DNA of 64,000 nucleotides from positions 4,712,001-4,776,000 of the forward strand of contig NW_026889790.1 in the NCBI RefSeq assembly GCF_033153115.1, written 5' to 3'. Below are positions 52,951 through 64,000 of this stretch, piece by piece. Every line of letters begins with the position of its first letter. Position 1 is the stretch's first letter. Origin of the DNA: Saccostrea echinata. Taxonomy: Eukaryota. The translations under genes and the position numbers were made by a program. Under the pieces are notes generated by a model. It did no database searches and was not told where the DNA came from. It saw only the letters and a list, made by a program, of their open reading frames with translations.

Positions 52951-54363
52951 AAATTTTATTTGATACATGTTTCTAATGTCAAGATGTAATGATGGGCAAA
53001 GTTTCATCAAAATCGGTGACCATGCGTGGCAGAAGTTTAAGTGGTTACAGAGAATCGTTATTAATATCAACTTCAGAGTATTTGTTTGTAGATGATCAAT
53101 CACAAGATATGAAAAATTGCGAGGTCAATTTTTATTGAGGAAGCAGTTGTTTATGATGTCAAAAATCCTGCTCTTTGATTACATTTTACAAAGACGGCAA
53201 TGTTTTTAACTAAAAAATTGACAAGATTTCAATTTATATTCTCTATTACCAGAAATTCGAGTTGACAGAGAGAATAACAAAGCTCTTTTTTTTTAAAGAG
53301 CAATATTTATTAATTATTTCATTTTGATCAATCACTGAGCGTGGTCCGTGACAAATATGTACAGATATTCACACGACAGCAGATTCTGGAGTAATTATCG
53401 ATATCTCTCGGGACTGTTCCAATGTTCAGTATTCTTCGGTCACGGCCTGTAATCTGTCTATTGACTTCTAGGCCTATATATTCTTCTCTTCACTTCACGC
53501 TCTAGGTGACTCTATGGTAAACTGAGAAAATTGACAATGATTTGCGATTTGATCTGTAAGACTTACCCGATGACAGGGAGATATACATCTGTCCTTTTCA
53601 GAGAATTAAAAGACCAAGATTTCGGTCAGGTTGGCCTGACAGACATCGATATTTAGGTCTGTTACAGAGTGACCAATTCCACCGAAACACAACACGGAGA
53701 AGCGGGATTGACATCTATATACATATGTACATTTGAGAACTATATTAAAACAAATGAGTGTCATTGAAATCATCTTAAAATTTACTTTAATTTTTTTTAC
53801 GTTTGGTAATTGATATTTTTTTTTAAATCTCAAAACATCCCGTGGTGATGACGTATAAATTTTGCCATTAATTAAATAGCTAATCTTTTACATAAACGTC
53901 CTTGAAAAACAATAATTAATTGTAATACCTTGTGGAATGTGGTAGTAAATTAGTAGGCTGGGTCGTTACATAGATAAACCCTTTATCTTGAGTTGATTGT
54001 TAATTGTTTGTCCTAAGTGTGTAGGACGTCAGGTATTTTGTTTCCTCAGGTATGGATCAGTTACCTAAATTACATACCTGTGTCAATGGTCACGGTCTAT
54101 TGCGCGCTTACCTGACTGGAGAATGGAATCGCCCGCTATAGAAATTTCACACACAGATCTCGAGGATCGAAAAAGAACGAATCTCAAACTGGATGTGAGA
54201 AAGTTCATGCAAGGGAATACACAATCTTTTGATTTTTTGTGATATATTTTTGTGATTTAGATACAACTGAGGTATATTAGATATATACATATATTGTTTC
54301 GGTGTCAGTACGTTGTTATGGCCTACTGAATCGGTGCTCTCTGTGTGAACTCAGCGGGGAAGT

Positions 54364-57300
54364 ATGGCAGTCGCTACGGCGGAAGCTCAGTCCGTGGAGC
54401 GGGGATATCAGCGACTCTCCTCCTTGTTCCGCCCCACCCTGTCAGAAGGGAACTCCTGCCACAGGTGTAAAGCCCAGGTGTACCACGCAGAAAAGATTGG
54501 CCCGGTCCACGATGTAGTATTTCACAGGAACTGTTTTAAATGTGTAGTCTGTGGTCAGTTCCTGACCATTAAGAACTATTTCTCAAATCAGACGGAGGCC
54601 TCAGATCGCGAGGTATACTGTGGGACGCATGTGCCTCGAATCGGAGGGACACACATTGACGAACGAGCCATGGGAATCAAAAACGCCATCAACAGTCAAA
54701 ACGTGTACAAGAAGATGAGCAAAAAGATGAACTCGGAGGTCCGTCTGGCCGGGACCCTGAGAAAACCTAACTATAACTATGAGGCGGTGGCAATCAAACG
54801 CGCCACCACTGTACCTAAAACCCAAGACTACGTGGCGGAGCGCGCAACAGCTGAATCTCTTCATAAGGGTGTAGACATCGACGCCAATGCCCTGTACATA
54901 AAGGGCCCCATAGAGGCACAGCTTCTCCGACAGGGCTACCAACGCAAACTGGACAAGCATCACTACCCACCAAACATTGTAAGTATCCCCCGAACCCCTT
55001 TCTATACTGATTTCTGAACTCCCAAAAACCCCTCCCCCCCCTTTCCCCGACCTTTCACAGCTTAAGCCATCTTTCTAGAATCTTTAAATTTTAGACATCT
55101 ATCAATATACATGTAGAATATTTAGAGAGTATATTCCTTCCCCGCCTCTCCCCTCAATTCTAAAGTCTTTTATAAACACCATAACACACAAATTTTCATG
55201 GTGGTGGGGGTCATGCAGATCAACACACCCCTCTCTTAACTTAACCATTATAAAATTCCCCACTTCACAGTTTGTTTTTTTTTAAAGACAGACATGAGTT
55301 CTTGCTTATAAAGTTTTTCTTTAGTCATGGCATGTTTTATTCATGTGTTTCTTATTGATTACCAATACAGTGAATACACCACAATCCAAACAGATCTAAT
55401 CGCCGTCTGTTTGCCGAGGATTATTGTATACTGTGTATCAAACCCTGACAAAGGTGAGGGGTCCCTGGACCCTGATAACCCCCCGGACAACTCGGACCCG
55501 GTCACTCCGAAAGAATACAGCACAATCAAACTCAATAACACGGTGGTCTGAAACCAGAGATAGCCCTTGTTACTTTCTTAGAGTAATGTTATGTTGTTCG
55601 ATAGGTGAACTGAAGTCATATCTCCATTTACATGGGGATTTCTTATCATGACAATATATAAAATATCTTTGATGTTTTACATGACGATTGTGGCTCGACA
55701 CAAGGGGGCATGATGTGTAGTGTACGTCAACACTTTCCTAAGTGGATTTCCAAGTCTTTTGTGAATAAAGAAGTTGATACGGTCTCCATAAAAAGGACAA
55801 AAGTATGTTGACATAAGAGAAGTTGTTGAGCAGGTTAGGGTCTATATTTATACCACCCTGTCACTGGAGAATGGCAGCGCTAATCAGATTTCATGGTCTG
55901 GGAATCTGCGGTGAAATGTCCATTAGCGATGTACTGTTTTTATGTGAGCTGGCATCATGTAAATAAAGTAAATACTTAACTCGACAAAAGTCTGAAGCGT
56001 GGTTAAAGTGTAAAGTTATTCACTTAATGTTTTAAAGAGAAGTTTTACACTTATTTTCATATTAAAGTACAGTAGAATTGATTATAGATATAGAATATTA
56101 TTGCGATATTCTAGTGTCAATTTTATTGCAGATATCTGTACGTTGAACTTAATTTTCGTAGAAAAATGTCAAGAAATGTCCTTGTTCCAACATTTTCCCA
56201 TTCGTCAACTGTTTTGTTGACAAAACTTCATGGAGGGTATTGGGCTTCCATCACTCCAATGATTGGGGCTGCATGCATGTGTCAGGAATGTTTGAACACC
56301 CAAAAGTAAATGTAACAACCGTGATACACGTGGTAATATAGCGGGGGGGGGGGGGCGGGGGGGGGTGATTCATATCAATATTAAGTTGAAATTATGACCA
56401 AAACTTGATTCACATGAGAACTAGAAATGTCTGGTTGAATTAAAACTAAGCCTCTGACTTTGGATTAGCGGGTTGTCTCTGTGTTCTTAAGAGATTAACA
56501 GAATTATGTGGGCCGTTAATTCCATTGTTTGTTACTCAGAAGCACCCGGCGAACTGTTGTTTTGGAATCAAAGAGGACCCGTCATCATTGTATCAGGAAA
56601 ACAGAAGCACCCGGCAGTGATTAACGCGGCGATTAGACACCGAGTGTTGTCTTTAATACCCCAGATCTCTTGAAACATCTCTAAAACTCTAGGCAGGAAT
56701 AAAACGAGGGTGAAGTTTAACAGTGTTTGGAATATAAGGAGCTTTCATCGAGATAAAAGTTCCAAATTTTCGTGTGTGTGCTCGCCCAGTCACATTACGG
56801 TTCTGTTACCCCCAACAATCGCCTCGGTCAGGAATTCTGGATTTCCTTACTTTATTTGGGACAATCAGGACAATCACGAACTAGGATTTAAATTTCCTTT
56901 TTTAAAAAAATTCCTGGAAAGAAAATGAATCTTTAAAAAGTCAGATATGTAGGGCCATCTTAAAAGTAATGTTTGTTTACCCCCTCCCGACTCAGAGATA
57001 AAAATAATGGGTCGGTAGGTAGATGTAAATAAAACCGAAATATTGTTGACAGAATGAGAAAATTCCTAAATTAATTTTTAAAAAAATTGTTTCTTGGAAG
57101 TTTCAAAAAGTTTTTTGAGTCGGGCCATTTTTAGCAAGTCGGTCGAGAGAGGTCAAACAAAACTTTTAAAAAAAAAAAAAAAGAAAAAAAAGATGGCCTA
57201 GGTTGATTATGTTTAGACTACAAAAATAATTTTAAAAGGGGAAATACAGAAAACAATTTGATTTCTAATCGTTTAGTCCGTATAACCTTTAAGGACATAC

Positions 57301-60300
57301 ATGTACGCAGCGTAGTTTGAACTTTATTGTCTTTTCCCCTGGAGTTGAAGAGTTCCAATACTTAAAGGAACCATGTGATACATTTCCATATCTATATATT
57401 CTATTGTTCACTTCTTCTTAAAACAAGTTAGATAAACAAAACATCTAGAATATATGTTTAGTAATTTTTGTGTATTTTTCTTTGAATAATACAAGAATTT
57501 TCATCAATTGATGTCTTTTCAAAACCCCTGGTAATGCATGCTGATTTTTTGTCTACTAATGTCTGATGACACTATAATCTCAAATTAAGAATATCTTGAA
57601 AAATTATCAGCAGGTGAGGTAGGTTGCGTATTAACAAAAGAAACTTATGTTTGATGTCAAGGTCATCGTGTCCTAACGTGTCTGTCACCACCCCAGGGGA
57701 TGATGTGTCGATTTTGGGGCGTAAAATCCCGAACACGCGACATTTTTACGACTTTAGGTATTGTATTTTTGTCAGTTATATCGACATAAAGTAGACAGTT
57801 TGCAGATGTCACGTTAATAGATTTTTTATCCCCCTCTGACTGGGAAATCCCGGAAACTCATAAACTTGCCATCTACATCACAGTCATACGACAAGTTCAA
57901 ATTATTGATCTTCAATACATAATCAGGAAAAAAAAGTTGGTCACTCATATGGAAGCATTCAATAGCTTACAAATGAAAATTATTTTCATAAGAAAACTTC
58001 TGGTGAAATGATAGTCTGTATTTACAGGCTCCACCACTCGGATTAATACTGTAAAGGGATATCTTTGCATTCATTAAAATACAATATTTATTTTATATTT
58101 TAAATAATGCAGTGTGATTAGTCTTTGAATTAGACTGGGAAAATTACGATCTTTTCTACGTTTTCATGATCCAAACAAGGAAGAATTAAAGTATGAATGG
58201 AAATGGCGTGATAACCTAAATATACATTAAACACCCCGAATGTTAACAATAGCTGAGGTTCCTATAGCCTTGGGTACAAATGGAGGGGGAAAAGAAAGAA
58301 GACAGTCTTTATCGCCATCATAAGCATAAGACTAAATTCGCTTGTAGTCCTGTGTTAGGAAAAAAACAAACAAACAAAAATGGTTTTGGGTGAGCCTTGA
58401 TATGGCATGTCAAACGTTGCAATATTCGATCTTTTGCATTTGCATTGTATAATTTTCCATTTGCATTGTATAATTTTTATTTGTATTGTATAATTTTCTA
58501 TTTGTATTGTATAATTTTTCATTTGTATTGTATAATTTTTATTTGTATTCTATAATTTTCTATTTGTATTGTATAATTTTCATTTGTATTGTATAATTTT
58601 TATTTGTATTGTATAATTTTCCATTTGCATTGTATAATTTCTTATTTGTATTGTAAAATTTCTTATTTGTATGCGATAATTTTTCATTTGTATTGTATCC
58701 GCGGACTGTTTATTTGTTTCGTTACGAAGGATTTCATTGGTCAAGTTTCAGCCTGTATCGGGTTGAAGATGTTCCGGATGCTCAAAGCAAACTGGGCTCA
58801 TATGTATTTGCTTGCTTGATTGATTGATTATTGTTTAACGCCGAGTCGGCAATATTTCAGCCATATTTCGGCGGCATATGTATTTGCGTGCATGTTAGAC
58901 GGTCATTGGATTCTAAAAAGGGAGCGCCGGTAAATGGCAAATAAATAATCTGTCCTTAGGAATGCTGACTGAGAAAATAAATAAATTGACCTTGAGTGGT
59001 GGTAACTACCCCCACCCCCAATAAACTGAGTTTTCGGGTTTGGGCGGATTTTCTTCTTTTTGTTTTTCTCCTTGTCTCTGGTCATATTGGAAATAAATAT
59101 TCTCTCCTGCGAGAGAATGAAAATAAATAATCGGATTCGACACCCCCCGAGAATCAAATGGTCGTCCCTTAGCATGCACCGCAAATAGAGGAGCCGAGTT
59201 TGTGTTTGTAGAGAGTGCGCGATCGGAATTGTGGGAAGGGTACCAGACTAAGTTTGTGATGGGCACCTGAGACCTTTATACAGACTAAATTTTATGACCA
59301 ATGACATCCTTCGTAACGAAATAAATAAACAATCCTCGGATACAATACAAATGAAAAATTATCGCATACAAATAAGAAATTATACAATACAAATAAGAAA
59401 TTATACAATGCAAATGGAAAATATAGAATACAAATGAAAAATTATACAATACAAATGATTTTTTTACAACACAAATGGAAAATATAGAATACAAATGAAC
59501 ATTATACAATCCAAATGGAAAATTATAAAATCCAAATGGAAAATTATAGAATACAAATAAAAATTATACAATACAAATTGAAAATTATACAAAACAAATG
59601 AAAAATTATACAATACAAATTAAAAATTATACAATACAAATAAAAATTATACAATACAAATGGAAAGTTATACAATACAAATGGAAAAGATCGAATATTG
59701 CAACGTTTGACATGCCATAGCCTTGATGTGAGGGAAAACTTAGATTAATACCGGGGATGTGTAGCCAAAAACGTGAAGAGATGACTTCAAACGACATTGC
59801 CCATGGGTCATTACACAACGATAAACATTTGACAACTCATTCACATAAATGCCTATGGCCATGAATTTTAAGTCGTGCAAAGTTATTAAGAAGATATTGC
59901 AGGTATGCATATTTAAGGATTGCTGTGGTCCTGCTTATAAGAACATTTTTAATGAAATAAAGTTTACTGCTGAATCAAGTTTCGATGTTTCCTGCAAGAT
60001 TCAAAGAAAGCCCATGCGAAACAAAATCGATAAATAATACTAATTGAGGTTTTCAAGAAATTAATTATTCTTTGCGTACATTTTTTTTTCTTTTTGGATA
60101 ACTGCTATTTTTAAACTGATAAAATCTTGCAGTTTAAATAGCTGGTAAAATACATAAGTTGGGAAATTGAAGCGTATTTACCATGCATTGTCAATAAATG
60201 TTGAAAGAAATTGTGAATGGATTGAAATTTAATTCATAAGTATATGTCATATGTTAAAGTTTGAGCTTAATAAAATTGAAATAAAGCAGCACAGATTGTC

Positions 60301-63300
60301 TCATTTCTCAGTCCCATGTATGTGTATGTGTGTTAACACTGCAGTGTAACAATTTTAGACTAACTGAGGATTTATCTTAGGTTACGGACGTGCTTTCACA
60401 GGTCATCCGTCGAACTGCGTTCAAAGTAGTAACGGAAATTAAAACCCTTAAAGTATACATGTATGCTATCTTTAATATTTTTGAAATTAAATCATTCTGT
60501 ATGTCCTGTGTACTTTCTCTTCTTTACAGTATAAGAAGCGCAAGAAACTGATCGAGGAGCAGCGCCGCCTGGAGGCTGAATACAAGCGAGAGGAAGATCG
60601 TTTATTGGATGAATTCCAGAATGAGAGAAAACAGGAAAAGCGCCGTCTGTCGGCAGAACTGCAACATGAATGGGAGGCCAGATTGAAAGAATTAACGGAA
60701 AAATTTGATAAAGAATTTGGACAAAAGAAGAAAAAGATGAAAGACAGCGAAAGAAAGGTATTTATATTAAACTGAAATGGGAGAAAAAGTCAACATACAC
60801 AAAACGAAATATTCATTCACAAACAGGAAACAGTTTTGGATACATCTGCTGCATATTTAAAATTAAGAATTCCAAGTGAACCAACAAAAAATGAACATCA
60901 TAAGTTAAAAAATCTTCACAGGTGTATACATGTATGTTTATTTTTGTTTCCAATTATGACTTCACGTTTAAAACATGACGCATAAAATATTCAAATGACT
61001 GAAAATGGACAATTTCACCATGTACCTGATTTTTGTTCCATTTAAGGATCTTGTTGAATTGCATATAAGAAATAATAACTCTGTTTCACATAGAAATATA
61101 AATTCAATTTCTATTGGTTTTAAATTTCTAGCAAATGACTATACACTTTGAGAACAAGAAGAGAGAGATAGAAGTTGTCATTCAGGAAAAAAAGAAAAAG
61201 AAGCAGGAGTCTATGACACTGAGACTGAAGGAGAAGGAACAAAAGAAAACAGCGACAATGGTGGCGCGACAGAGTCGTCAGATGTTAGAAATATTGGCGC
61301 AGAAACAGGATGAACTCAAACAGGAACTTAAACAGGAAATGGTGGCTGAGTCTGTGAGTAAAATTTCACTGAATAATAAAGATGCATTGTAACACTTAGG
61401 CACACTATATGGTCGAGTCTTTGAATAAAACTCCACTGGGTCATAAAGAAGGAAAGTAACACATAGGCACGCTTAAAAGAAACGTGGATAAAGGTTTATA
61501 TGCTATATTGAGGACTAAAATTTTCGTGTATCTTTAGTTTGCGTCTTTCTACCACATGTAAATACCCAGTGGCGAGTGTTTGATTTACACCTATTATAAA
61601 CAATACCGTAATATTTTCAACAGATATCTTGCATTTTTTTCTATGATCAAGTTATTAAAGTTGATTAGGGTTTAACTTCTTTTTATTTGGGAATCTATTG
61701 ATTTATCACGTTTATGAAAAAATAGAGTAAATGCACAATCATATGTTGTTAATGCAGAAAGTGGAAGGGAGTACAGCTAATGGAGAGACAGAAGAAATAG
61801 AGGAAGCAATGGAGGCATTAGAGATTATCCCTGTTGCCCCTACAGAAATTCCCTCACCCCATCCCCCATCCTGCAGGAAACAAGACCTGTATGTGGACCC
61901 CTCACAGTTCAATGATATCGACGAACAAACAATTAAGGTTCGTATATAACATGAGTGTTTATGTCATTTGTATGGTGCAAGTAGAGAGACCACGTAAAAC
62001 TGTAATAAGAATACATTGTGAACTTATTATAATACATATCAATTATGTCATTTGTATGTTGCAATTAGAGAGTTCAGATAAACTGAATTAGAATATATTG
62101 TAAACTTTGAACATACATTATTTTCTCTTCCATAGGTTGCGGAGAACGAACAGCCGACCTACACAGATTTGGTTCAACAGCTGACAGAAGATCTCGTTAC
62201 CGATTTGGAGAAAGCCAGGTACAGTGAAATCGTTCAGGCCTGGTGACCAAAAATAGGATGACATTAGAAGAACTAGTATATTTACACTTAATGTCCTTAA
62301 TAAATCACGCACGACTACTTAACTTAATGGAGTGATGTCTCATGATTTCTACACTGACAGATTGGAATCCTTTTTTAGATTGGTCAGATGAAAATGACCT
62401 TTAAAATATAAATGTAATGGCTGATATAAAAAGAAACATTTTAAGTATACCGTATCAGGGAATCATTTGGAATCCTTTTTTTAGATTGGTTAGGTCAAAA
62501 TCACCTTTAAAATATAAATATAAATGCTGATATAAAAAGAAACATTTTAAGTATATCGTATCATGGAATCATTTGGAATCCTTTTTTTAGATTGGTTAGA
62601 TCAAAATGACCTTTAAAATATAAACAAAATGCTGATATAAAAAGAAACATTTAAGTATTTAGTAAGTCTTAATAGATAATGAATCTTTGTTAAAAAGTTC
62701 GTCTTTACTTTTACTCTTTATGCTAATGATATGATTAGAATCATTCTAAACGTATACCATGCTGTTGATGAATCAAAAGATGGTTGTGGTGGTGATGAGG
62801 AGGGTACAATGAAATTCATAATGAAATAGAGTATCATATCTTAAAGACAACACTTCTTTGTTAGAAAGTGGAAAGATATTGTGGTAAATGCACGGATCTC
62901 GCAGAAAATTGATAAATTAATGTTACTGTGTGATCGAGATTTTTTTCTTAATTTTTGGTCATGCAAAACCAGTACAACACAAGTTGTGATCTTGGCAAGG
63001 TGGATGTAAACATATGATGACGATTTTCGGTGCAATCTACCGCTCTCGCGGTCAAGGAATTAAATGTGATGTAACACTTGATGATTTTTGCAAGGTGATC
63101 TACCGCTGGGTTACGGTCAAGGAATTAAATGTGATGTAACACATATGATTTTTGCAGGGCGATCTACCGCTGGGTTACGGTCAAGGATTTAAATGTGATG
63201 GAATTTGAGGAAAGTACAGAAACAGACACGCCCATGGGGCTCCTAAGGGGAATCAAATATGGGACAGAGACCTATCACGTGCTCTTCATGAGACTTTGCA

Positions 63301-63765
63301 GGTATTGAGATTAGTAGAAAGTGTGGATCTGTTGTTTCTGGAGTGTGTATAATTTATAATTATACATTATTAAAGACTATGTGTTTTTTCAGTACATTAC
63401 GTGACAAAACCTGTTTATGTCGCCAATTCCTAAGGTCCAAATATTTGTAACTATAAATTAATGTCATAAAAAGATGTTTGATGAAAAGTTATTATTAGCA
63501 TGCAAGGAGAAAGGACAACTAGGAAAAGAGTGGGAAAACTGAGGCGCCGGATGTGAAATGTTTCAGTTAATTTATGTTCTGAACCTTTTATCATAATGTT
63601 ATTTTTTAGTTACGCGGGTCTTCATTGTGAGGAGATCAAAGGTCATTCCAAAAGTGTTGGGTATGAGCCCGGGATGAAGATCAAACCCGATCATTTCCAG
63701 AATACTTGGAACGCCGTGCTCATCGACGGAGACTGGAGACTGGTGCAATGTAACTGGGGAGCGAG
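54364..63765 (+). CDS. Hillarin-like protein: N-terminal LIM domain, coiled coil, transglutaminase-like (KY/CYK3) domain; continues beyond the window
   Basis: Exons 54364-54978 (CHRC..VYHAEK..FHRNCFKCVVC..VYCGTH), 60530-60757, 61132-61353, 61758-61937, 62136-62218 (DLEKAR), 63158-63301 (AIYRWVT..GIKYGTETYHVLFMRLCS), 63610-63765 (YAGLHC..KGHSKSVGYEPG..NTWNAV..WRLVQCNWGAR). Confidence 0.92.
56950..57200. mobile_element. Short MITE
   Basis: ggccatct...tttgtttaccccctcccgact / agtcggtcgagagaggtcaaacaaa...agatggcc inverted termini. Confidence 0.6.
58402..59718. mobile_element. Foldback (FB/MULE-like) element with modular TIRs and a 9-bp TSD (AGCCTTGAT)
   Basis: Outer TIR atggcatgtcaaacgttgcaatattcgatctttt, ~21-bp tandem units atttgtattgtataatttt, inner TIR ttcgttacgaaggat.tcattggtca; TSD at 58393-58401 and 59719-59727. 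Confidence 0.93.
62355..62660. repeat. ~105-bp intronic tandem repeat, 3 copies
   Basis: ttggaatccttttttagattggt...cctttaaaatataaa...gctgatataaaaagaaacattt x3. Confidence 0.9.
62985..63200 (+). repeat. 64-65-bp repeat of the hillarin acceptor plus exon start
   Basis: gtcaagga.ttaaatgtgatg at 63051, 63116 and 63180; the last copy is coding. Confidence 0.92.
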
Positions 63766-64000
63766 GTAAAAATTATTGTTTGAAGATAGACTAAAGAGTA
63801 ACGTAAAACTTGATGAATGAAGATAAAGCTGCACAAGATTTGTCGCTATGATAAGTAAATTTTGACTTTAAGAAGAAAAGTATACCGATTTTAACCAGAC
63901 TGCTCTAAAACAAACACAGTGTATACTTTTTCTAGTTTTTATCATTGCCTATTTTGTGTCAGATTGAGAGGAAATCTCTTTATGACATCATATACTTTAC

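Noticed and set aside
55327-55551. Alternative hillarin exon (NPDKGEGSLDPDNPP...)
   Set aside because: Composition looks coding, but there is no phase-0 acceptor in frame and only a weak donor; unsupported without transcripts.
538-63035. Most 60-140 aa ORFs in the supplied track
   Set aside because: They derive from microsatellites, TE fragments, antisense frames of real exons or intron read-through.
1-63200. Bias of junction-repeat unit lengths away from multiples of three
   Set aside because: 8 of 11 are non-multiples, which is about the two-thirds expected by chance.

Overview
AT-rich, intron-containing eukaryotic DNA, most likely from a bivalve mollusc and probably an oyster (inferred from the Helentron-type elements carrying ~166-bp satellite units, the SINE type and the Penelope-like elements). 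Six spliced genes could be built by hand with GT-AG junctions and consistent phases: POMGNT1 (minus strand, runs off the left edge), a TRIC/TMEM38 channel (+), TTC33 (-) head-to-head with the helicase PIF1 (+), a GPR157-like GPCR (-), and hillarin (LIM + transglutaminase-like, +, runs off the right edge). Introns and spacers are dense with mobile elements: Helentron-type HINEs, MULE, hAT and Tc1-mariner MITEs, foldbacks, a decayed hAT transposase inside PIF1, Penelope-like fragments and a SINE. Four patterns stand out beyond the gene list. (1) About 11 tandem arrays in four genes are built from copies of an exon-intron junction, creating runs of decoy splice sites. (2) TACATGTA occurs about 30 times, and two cases can be shown within the window to be CATGTA insertions at a TA, as expected for Tc1/mariner excision footprints. 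(3) The Penelope-like terminal repeat contains a conserved motif able to form a pseudoknot. (4) RFX X-box-like palindromes recur every ~170 bp upstream of hillarin. Coordinates and counts were read by eye and may be off by a few bases; gene identities rest on recalled protein motifs, not database searches.
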